Positions 56,997 to 64,000 of a DNA stretch of 64,000 bases are shown in pieces; within the stretch, counting starts at the first letter, position 1; each line of letters opens with the position of its first letter. The DNA is from Bdellovibrionales bacterium. GTDB lineage: Bacteria; Bdellovibrionota; Bdellovibrionia; Bdellovibrionales; JAGQZY01. The notes under the pieces were generated by a model. It saw only the letters and a list, made by a program, of their open reading frames with translations. It searched no databases and had not been told where the DNA came from. Both the position numbers and the translations under genes were made by a program. The stretch is from NCBI GenBank assembly GCA_964230645.1, contig CAXRHT010000002.1, positions 896,001 to 960,000 on the forward strand, written 5' to 3'.

Positions 56997-58206
56997 ACTT
57001 TAAACCTTCCACGGGTGAGAGTTTGGCTCCACGGAACGCAGGCGCTAAGGTACTCAAAAAACAAATCACGATTGTAGCAACGATAACCCAAACAATGTCT
57101 TCGCCCTGAAGTCTGACTGAAAAGTTAGACATCCGGTAAACATCCTCAGGCATAATGGGATAAACTTTTTGTAAGACTTCAAAGCCCCAAGAAAAAAGAA
57201 AACCTAGGGAAAGGCCGATGGCCAAACCACAAACACCGAGAGCTAGGCCGTGAAGACAAAACAATATAATAATGTCTCGTCCTTTAAGACCCAAAGCGCG
57301 CATGACGGAAATTTGCGAGTAACGCCTGAGAACTCCTAAAAACAGGGTCGTTGAAACGTTAAAGAAAGCCGCTACCACCATTATTAGCATAACAAAAAAG
57401 AGAACCATTTTTTCGTACTCTATGGCTCTAAATAAAGAGCGATTGACCATTGTCCAATCTCTGACCGAGTAATCCCAACCCAACTCTTCTTGCAGCTTTT
57501 CTGCCACTGGGGCCGACTGATCTGAGTCCTTTAGCCTGAGTCGAAATCCTAAAATTCGATCACCCACTCCCAATAAATTCTGCACAACCTTAAGGTCTCC
57601 GATCACAACTCTTTCGTTAAAATCATACTTTCCAAAATCCAAAATAGCTGAGACATAGAAGTTTTCAACTTTCGGTGAAATTCTTGTGGCCGAAGATTTG
57701 GACACTCTTGGCAGAATGGCTTTAAAGGGGTCACCCACCTCAAGCTTCAATCGACTGGCAATGACTTTGCCCACATAAAGAGGGTGGCCCGCAGGCTCCT
57801 CTCCCTTTTCTATCTTTGCAATAGTGCGCCTTTTAAGGGCGGACATCTCTTGAGCCTGTTGCCATTTAATCCCTTGCAGAATGACAGCATTCAGCTTGCC
57901 TTTATTAGCCACCAAGACTTCCGCTTTGGTGTAAGGCATCACTTCAGAAACCTCGGGGCTAATTTCCTTGATTTCCTGAGCCAACTTCTCTGGCTCCTCG
58001 ATCCCCGTTCCTCTTTTGACAATATTGACGTCACCGAGCACATCAATAATGGAGCCTTTGAGACTATCGGTAAAACCACTAAAGCCCGCCATACTAACTA
58101 CAAGAAAGGCGACCCCTAAACTGATTCCAAAAAGAGAAAACAGGGTGGTCGGCTCAGAGAAGAGTTTTTTTTGAAAAATAAATTTACGGTAAAGCCACCA
58201 ATGCAA
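56989..58206 (-). CDS. lolC: Lipoprotein-releasing ABC transporter permease LolC/E
   Basis: [37 protein letters not shown]. Confidence 0.85.
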   Translation of the reverse strand: MHWWLYRKFIFQKKLFSEPTTLFSLFGISLGVAFLVVSMAGFSGFTDSLKGSIIDVLGDVNIVKRGTGIEEPEKLAQEIKEISPEVSEVMPYTKAEVLVANKGKLNAVILQGIKWQQAQEMSALKRRTIAKIEKGEEPAGHPLYVGKVIASRLKLEVGDPFKAILPRVSKSSATRISPKVENFYVSAILDFGKYDFNERVVIGDLKVVQNLLGVGDRILGFRLRLKDSDQSAPVAEKLQEELGWDYSVRDWTMVNRSLFRAIEYEKMVLFFVMLIMVVAAFFNVSTTLFLGVLRRYSQISVMRALGLKGRDIIILFCLHGLALGVCGLAIGLSLGFLFSWGFEVLQKVYPIMPEDVYRMSNFSVRLQGEDIVWVIVATIVICFLSTLAPAFRGAKLSPVEGLKYE

Positions 58207-58211
58207 AGGAC

Positions 58212-59346
58212 CTACTCCTCTTCTTTCATGAACTTAAGGAATGAAAAAATAAAGTCATTTAAGTTTCCATCCATAACGTCTTGAACTTGACTGGTTTCTT
58301 GTGAAGTGCGGTGATCCTTTACCATTTGGTAAGGATGCATGACGTAAGACCGAATCTGACTCCCCCACTCGTTGGCTTTTTTCTGGGAATTCATTTCGTC
58401 TTTTTCTTTGTTACGCTCTTCGAGTTCTTTTTCGTAGAGTGCCGCTTTTAACATCTTCATCGCCGTATCACGGTTGGCATGCTGCGACCTTTGGTTTTGA
58501 CATTGAACCACGATACCCGTGGGCGCATGGGTGATACGAACGGCAGAATCGGTGGTATTGACGTGCTGCCCACCAGCTCCACTGGCACGGTAAGTATCAA
58601 TTTTTAAATCTTCGTTTTTAATTTCAATATCAATGTCATCATCCACTTCGGGCCAGGCAAAAACGGAAGCAAAACTTGTGTGGCGGCGAGCATTGGAATC
58701 GAAGGGGGAAATTCGCACCAAACGATGCACACCAGACTCCGCTTTCAAATAACCATAGGCATAGGGACCTTGCACATTTAAAGTCACCGACTTAATTCCC
58801 GCTTCTTCCCCATCGGTTTGCTCTAAAACTTCTACCTTGTAGCCATTTTGTTCAGCATAGCGTGTGTACATTCGGTAAAGCATTCCGGCCCAATCACAGG
58901 CCTCTGTTCCTCCCGCGCCAGAATTGATCGATAGAAAGGCGGAATTGACATCCGACTCGCCATCGAGGAGTTTTTGTAGTTCCAACTCATCAATTACTGT
59001 TTCTAAACGGTGAACTTCTCCAACGGCTTCCTGGAAAGATTCATTATCTTCTCCTTCTTCGGCAAGATCCAAAAGAACACTCACATCTTCAATTTTCTGG
59101 TTGAGATTTTCCCACTGCTCGCAGGTTTTTTCATGAATGGCGATATCGCGATTCACTTTTTGCATTTCATTAGGATTTTTCCAAAGATCGGGATTTTGAG
59201 CGCGGTGCCTTAGCTCTTCGAGCTCCTTCTGGCGTCTTTCAATGTCAAAGATACCTCCGCAGTTGGCTGGATTTTTCCGAGAGTTCTTGGACTTGGCTGC
59301 GGAATTCACTCAAATGGGTGCTTAAATTGTATTGTTTCGTCTCCAC
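58212..59346 (-). CDS. prfB: Peptide chain release factor 2 with programmed +1 frameshift
   Basis: GTG 59346 opens METKQYN...LRRYL, then AGG TAT CTT TGA C (59256-59244); the +1 frame continues D-I-E-R...; SPF and GGQ motifs. Confidence 0.96.
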
Positions 59347-59378
59347 GTTGGCATCCTCCGTCGCTCGCACTTTAGGTT

Positions 59379-59828
59379 TTAATTTTTCGGAAATCTCTTG
59401 TTTCTTAATACATCAAAAAGAGCGTCCTGTAATTCAAACATCTCTTTTTCATCCTGACCACCCTTTTCATGCTCGTAGCCTAGGAGGTGCAAAACACCGT
59501 GAATAATTAAATAACCCAACTCCTCACGCCGGGATATTTCGTGATCGATGGCCTGCTTGTCGACGACTTCTCCACAGAGGACCAACTCACCAAGGTCTAG
59601 TTCCGTCATACCTGAAAAGCTAAGAATATCAGTGACTTTGGGCTTGGACCTAAAGTCTAGGTTGAGCTTTTTGATCTGAGTTTTCTCAACAAAAACAAGG
59701 GTTAACTCCCATTTGCGAAGATCAACGATTGCTCTTTTTTTAAGCTCTTTTTCGAGATCTTGAATCCACTCTTCAAGGAAGTTTCGCGGAATTCTCCATG
59801 AACTCAGTTTTACGATATTGACCTGCAA
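59379..59828 (-). CDS. ybeY: rRNA maturation endonuclease YbeY
   Basis: LNLDFRSKPKVTDILSF, HGVLHLLGYEH. Confidence 0.94.
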   Translation of the reverse strand: MQVNIVKLSSWRIPRNFLEEWIQDLEKELKKRAIVDLRKWELTLVFVEKTQIKKLNLDFRSKPKVTDILSFSGMTELDLGELVLCGEVVDKQAIDHEISRREELGYLIIHGVLHLLGYEHEKGGQDEKEMFELQDALFDVLRNKRFPKN

Positions 59829-59852
59829 AGGTCCTCCTGCTTAATTGGCTGC

Positions 59853-60596
59853 ATGACATCATTCCAACAATTAATCGAAATTGTCAAAAAATTACGAGGC
59901 CCTAAAGGCTGCCCATGGGATAAGGCTCAGACACATGAAAGCCTCACGCCCTATGCCGTCGAAGAAGCTCATGAATTAGAAGAGGCCATCGCCAATAAAG
60001 ATATCGATAACATGAAAGAAGAGCTTGGCGACCTCCTCTTTCAATCGATACTTCATGCAGAGATTGCTAGACAAAACGGCGACTTCGACATCGATGATGT
60101 CATCAAACATCTCAATAACAAAATGGTCTCAAGACACCCCCATGTGTTCTCTGATGTTGAGGTGAAAGATGCCGACGAAGTGGTTAAGAACTGGGAAGAA
60201 ATTAAAGCCCAAGAAAAGGAAATGGCCCCCTTTGATCTTCCTAAAAGCTTCCCCTCTCTTTTAAAAGCTCACAAAATTGGCAAACGCTCCAAGAAGTTTG
60301 GCTTTGACTGGGAAACTCCTGAACAAGTTTTTAAAAAAACCGATGAGGAGATGGCTGAACTCAAAGAGGCCTTTGAAAAGAACGACAAAGCCCATATAGA
60401 AGAGGAACTCGGTGATTTACTTTTCACACTTTCACAATTGGCAAGACATCTTGATTTAGACGCTGAAAAATCTTTAAGACGGGCCAATCAAAAATTCATC
60501 CATCGCTTTGAAGAAATGCTTAAAATCAACCCGAACCTCAAAGACATTCCTCGCGAAGAAAAAGAAAAACTCTGGAACAAAGTTAAAAAACAATAA
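59853..60596 (+). CDS. mazG: Nucleoside triphosphate pyrophosphohydrolase MazG
   Basis: LRGPKGCPWDKAQTH, EELGDLL x2, RHPHVF, GFDW. Confidence 0.95.
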   Translation: MTSFQQLIEIVKKLRGPKGCPWDKAQTHESLTPYAVEEAHELEEAIANKDIDNMKEELGDLLFQSILHAEIARQNGDFDIDDVIKHLNNKMVSRHPHVFSDVEVKDADEVVKNWEEIKAQEKEMAPFDLPKSFPSLLKAHKIGKRSKKFGFDWETPEQVFKKTDEEMAELKEAFEKNDKAHIEEELGDLLFTLSQLARHLDLDAEKSLRRANQKFIHRFEEMLKINPNLKDIPREEKEKLWNKVKKQ

Positions 60597-60634
60597 GTGC
60601 CTCAAGACCTAGGGTACTGAGACACTTTGTCCCT

Positions 60635-62647
60635 TTATTTTTTCATAACCTCATAATTAAGATCAAAGTGATCAGCCAGTAGTGAAAAGATTAGAACCTG
60701 ATAGTAGCGATTGCCATGATTGCCCTTGATGGAACGATGATAATAAAAAGAATCCTCTCCGACTTGCTTTTCTAGGGCATGAGCGAACTCAGCTTCTTGA
60801 TCCCCGCCCTGATCCACTCGATCATCCAAACCGTTAGTAAAGAGCTGAAGATGTGTGCCTTCAGGAATCTCAGTAATATGATGAACAGGATTGATACTTT
60901 CAACATAAGCATCAAATTGCGGTCCTAATATGTAGTTACCTTCAGCGTCGACTTGCGGAGCCAAATCAGAATGAGCAATACGCCCAAACCATCCCTCTTC
61001 AAAAATAGACTTAAGGTCAATGACTGGAACGACAGGAATCACAACACCAAAATTGTTCCCATGCTTGGCCGCTAGTATAAGAGAAGTTAAACCACCCCAC
61101 GAGCGCCCCATGGCCACGATTTTTTCAGACCCCACAGAGAATTGCTCTTGAAAGTATGTGCTAGTTTCCGAAATGTTTTTTATCATTTCGAGTCTCTGGC
61201 TTGAGCCATCAAGGAACCACTGCGCTCCCCTTTCGCCTCCACCAGGCAGATCAACAGTGACATAGGCACCGCCCAACTCAAGAGCCATTTGCACTTCGCG
61301 AGGCTCTGGAGAGTTTTTTATAGAAATCCAACCGTAGTAACGAATAAAGACGAACTGAGGTTTCACACCTTTTCGAGTATAGACTCGGCCAGTGATCCAT
61401 TTGCCGTTTTCAGCGCTAAACTGAAAAAGCTCCTGTTGCATTTGGCTGGCGTCAAAGTCTAGCGACTCTTTATTGGGAAGTCGCTTTAACTGATCATTCA
61501 CTAAATCAAGTGCCAGCACATGTTTGCCCGTCTTTACATCAGAAAAAACAGAGAGAGCACGACGGCTACCGGGACCAAAATTAAACTTTGTCATTGTGCC
61601 AAAGCTAGATAGGCCTAAACTCGATAAATCAATAGTGGTCGATTGGCCGGTTTTTAATTGAACGATCTTTAGACTGACATTTTGTTCCGGGATCGAGTGG
61701 TATTGTAAAATGAGTTTGTCGTCGACAAGCTCGGCAATATGTAAAACTTTTTGTGAATCACTAGGAACAAGAGTATTCACTTCGGCCGTTTGTAAATCAA
61801 TGGCCGAAATTCCGTAGGTATCCCCTTCACCACTGGTAAGGACTATCGGCTGATTTTTATAAACTCCAAGGAATACAGCAACATGTTTATTTCTTGGATA
61901 AATCTCTTGCCAGTTATAACCACCCTGCTCGTCACGCTCACCTTTGTAAAGAGAAAACGTTGTTTTGATTCCCGAGTTAGAAACCAGGAGTCGGTAGGCG
62001 ACAAGAGTTTGTCCACCGTCAATGTCCGCGATTCCAAAGTTTTCAGCCAAGCCTGGCGAGAAAACAACAGTGTCTTTCCCTGAAGAAATCTCGCGATACC
62101 GGACCTCTAAAATTGGCTTTTCATTTTTCTTAACAGCTTCTTTGGGATGAAAGAAACTGTAATAAAGGCCATCAGAGTTTTTATTCCACGAAAACCCTTC
62201 CATCCTATTTTCGATAGGTGTTTTGAGAAGTGTTGCGGGAGACTTGTTTAAAGTGACAATATTCCAAAATTTTAAATCTTGTCCATTAAATGTTGTGTAG
62301 AAAGCCACCTTTTTACTGTCGGGACTAATGAGAAATCCTGAAATACGATAGCCCTCTTGAAGCCCTTCATTGCTAGCCAACAGTGTTTCTACTCCACCAC
62401 GATCTCGCCAAACTAGCCCTTCTGAACTGATGGAGATAAAGCCATGAGAAAAACTGGTTCTTGAAGTATCAGGCGTTTGAGTTTGCAATTGTTTAAATCG
62501 GCTTTCAATCAAGGGATCGACTTTGTCTTCCACTTTTTGGGAATGGGACTTTACAAAGCTCTCAGGAACCTTGGCCTGGCAGACGCTGATATTTAAAATT
62601 AAAACGAGGGCGCAAAGTCCCATAAAAATGACTCGCAGTGGATTCAT
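60635..62647 (-). CDS. Secreted prolyl oligopeptidase-like serine hydrolase (S9)
   Basis: Signal peptide; beta-propeller-like region; PGGGERG..W, GRSWGG, DDRV, GNHG. Confidence 0.8.
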   Translation of the reverse strand: MNPLRVIFMGLCALVLILNISVCQAKVPESFVKSHSQKVEDKVDPLIESRFKQLQTQTPDTSRTSFSHGFISISSEGLVWRDRGGVETLLASNEGLQEGYRISGFLISPDSKKVAFYTTFNGQDLKFWNIVTLNKSPATLLKTPIENRMEGFSWNKNSDGLYYSFFHPKEAVKKNEKPILEVRYREISSGKDTVVFSPGLAENFGIADIDGGQTLVAYRLLVSNSGIKTTFSLYKGERDEQGGYNWQEIYPRNKHVAVFLGVYKNQPIVLTSGEGDTYGISAIDLQTAEVNTLVPSDSQKVLHIAELVDDKLILQYHSIPEQNVSLKIVQLKTGQSTTIDLSSLGLSSFGTMTKFNFGPGSRRALSVFSDVKTGKHVLALDLVNDQLKRLPNKESLDFDASQMQQELFQFSAENGKWITGRVYTRKGVKPQFVFIRYYGWISIKNSPEPREVQMALELGGAYVTVDLPGGGERGAQWFLDGSSQRLEMIKNISETSTYFQEQFSVGSEKIVAMGRSWGGLTSLILAAKHGNNFGVVIPVVPVIDLKSIFEEGWFGRIAHSDLAPQVDAEGNYILGPQFDAYVESINPVHHITEIPEGTHLQLFTNGLDDRVDQGGDQEAEFAHALEKQVGEDSFYYHRSIKGNHGNRYYQVLIFSLLADHFDLNYEVMKK

Positions 62648-62847
62648 TTGAATACTCCTTAAAAGTTGAAAGGAGGTCTCAAGGAGAAGTACTAAAACAG
62701 CTTGAGTAAGGGGAGACCCCGGATATTGTTTTGCTTGTCCGTAGATCTAGAGGATTTCCGCCAAAGAGTCTTTCTTCGAAAACGAGGCTAGAATAAATTC
62801 AAAAAATCGCTAGGAAAATATGTGAATCCCAACTTCCTTCTAAACAT

Positions 62848-62872
62848 AAAAAAAGCACTTCGATTGAAGTGC
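62848..62872 (-). terminator. Intrinsic terminator
   Basis: Minus strand GCACTTC-AATC-GAAGTGC followed by T7. Confidence 0.7.
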
Positions 62873-62903
62873 CCACAAATTAAACTTCCTTAAAACCAAG
62901 ATT

Positions 62904-63416
62904 CTAAAATATTGGCACACAGTCGGCATTGGTCAGTTCAACATCGGCATTCTGATCCTCTGCACAACAGACGACGTCGCCTGTCTGAGGTCCCTGCTCG
63001 TCACTAGCTCCGTTGTCAGCTAAATTGAGCCAAGCCGCGGCGGTGGTTGATGTTGCTGGGATTTTTGTAACTGGAGAGGGCGATTCAAGGTTTACCCAAG
63101 GTGAACTACCAACGGCGTTACAACCTGTCGCCTGACAATTTAAAGATTCTACACCAATAGCTGCGATCGCCTCTTGCTCAAGCTCTTGGGTGAGATCTTC
63201 ACAACGTGAACTTGCCCAAATAAAATAAACCTCTCGACCATCACTGGGTAAATCGCATTGTGGGCTCATGGCCGGCGTACAAATAACAGAGATATCATCG
63301 GGAGTTCTATCCTGAGAAAAAGAGGAGTTTGACCCTCCAGCGCTCTTGCCGTTGCTACAACTTATTGATGCTAGTAAAATTAAACAAAGATAAAGACGGA
63401 AAAAGATTTTAGACAT
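62904..63416 (-). CDS. Cys-rich hypothetical lipoprotein
   Basis: RBS AAGGAG; lipobox ASISC; S/G linker; multiple Cys. Confidence 0.7.
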   Translation of the reverse strand: MSKIFFRLYLCLILLASISCSNGKSAGGSNSSFSQDRTPDDISVICTPAMSPQCDLPSDGREVYFIWASSRCEDLTQELEQEAIAAIGVESLNCQATGCNAVGSSPWVNLESPSPVTKIPATSTTAAAWLNLADNGASDEQGPQTGDVVCCAEDQNADVELTNADCVPIF

Positions 63417-63547
63417 GACCTCACTCCTTGGTAGGAGTCTTTAATAATAAAGCATGTCTGCCTTGAGCACAGGTCCAGATATGGGAATTGGCCTTTGCCT
63501 TTGTCCAGAAACCAAGACCATCGCAAATAATTTGAAATGAGATTTAT

Positions 63548-63910
63548 TTAATCAGGAACCACAGCGCCGTCGGGATAACAAAAGTGGTCTTTAATCTCAG
63601 CACCCGAAGGACACATAAAGACCACCACCTGGCGCCCTGTTCCGTCTGTAGTAACGCAATCACTGATGCCAATTTCATAGGTGCTCTGATTGAATTTTTG
63701 AGCCATCTCAATGGCTGTGGCCTCTACAAATGAGGGTTTAAGCCTTTGAGCGTCCACATAAACCGCCCGATCTGTAATACAATCGGAGGCCTCCGCAGCG
63801 GCCTTATAGGGCTTTGTCGGTACTTCGGTCACTCGTTGTTCGTGAACCACTCGCTGAACACAGCCCAAAGAAAAAAGAAAAGTAAAACAAATCAATAGTT
63901 TCTTAGTCAT
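63548..63910 (-). CDS. Hypothetical lipoprotein
   Basis: Lipobox SLGC; further Cys residues. Confidence 0.7.
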   Translation of the reverse strand: MTKKLLICFTFLFSLGCVQRVVHEQRVTEVPTKPYKAAAEASDCITDRAVYVDAQRLKPSFVEATAIEMAQKFNQSTYEIGISDCVTTDGTGRQVVVFMCPSGAEIKDHFCYPDGAVVPD

Positions 63911-64000
63911 GCCTTAATATATTGGCAGGAGACAAAGAAAGACAGAGATTTCTAAATTATTCTCGAAAAATTAGACCCCAACGAAAGCTGAAAGGTGACA

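Noticed and set aside
58212..59346. prfB as a pseudogene
   Set aside because: The in-frame TGA is the canonical CTT-TGA-C programmed frameshift.

Overview
A bacterial chromosomal window whose gene set and order suggest a Bdellovibrionota (Bdellovibrionales-like) organism. This is an inference from spoVG, DUF1844-degP, pilBTC-pilSR next to ribF, the bamA-skp-fabZ-lpxA-gnnA-lpxB-lpxK-lpxL cluster, and many Cys-rich lipoproteins. Left end: DUF58/MoxR, DUF1844-degP, spoVG and tRNA-Gln(UUG). About 4.2-33 kb is accessory-looking. It holds a dense general-stress cluster (CsbD, Dps, DUF2383, ElaB/YqjD, BON, PRC-barrel, CHAD, SpoIIAA-like, AI-2E, MscS and several unannotated tiny hydrophilic ORFs) around a hybrid kinase-Hpt-OmpR phosphorelay. 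It also holds a His-brace LPMO-like protein, PhoX, a secreted M15/LAS-motif metallopeptidase and a second HtrA. The right half is core: type IV pilus motor and regulators, ribF, a sigma54 two-component pair, lipid A/outer-membrane biogenesis, lolCD, frameshifted prfB, ybeY, mazG and a prolyl oligopeptidase. Non-coding structure includes a REP/BIME-like palindrome family at four loci, a 202-bp MITE-like element, an A9 homopolymer frameshift, a sigma54-type promoter before a 31-aa ORF, and a recurring GTCTCA-N3-TGAGAC-like motif. No CRISPR array, rRNA, integrase or transposase was seen. Family calls come from motif recognition by eye, not database searches.
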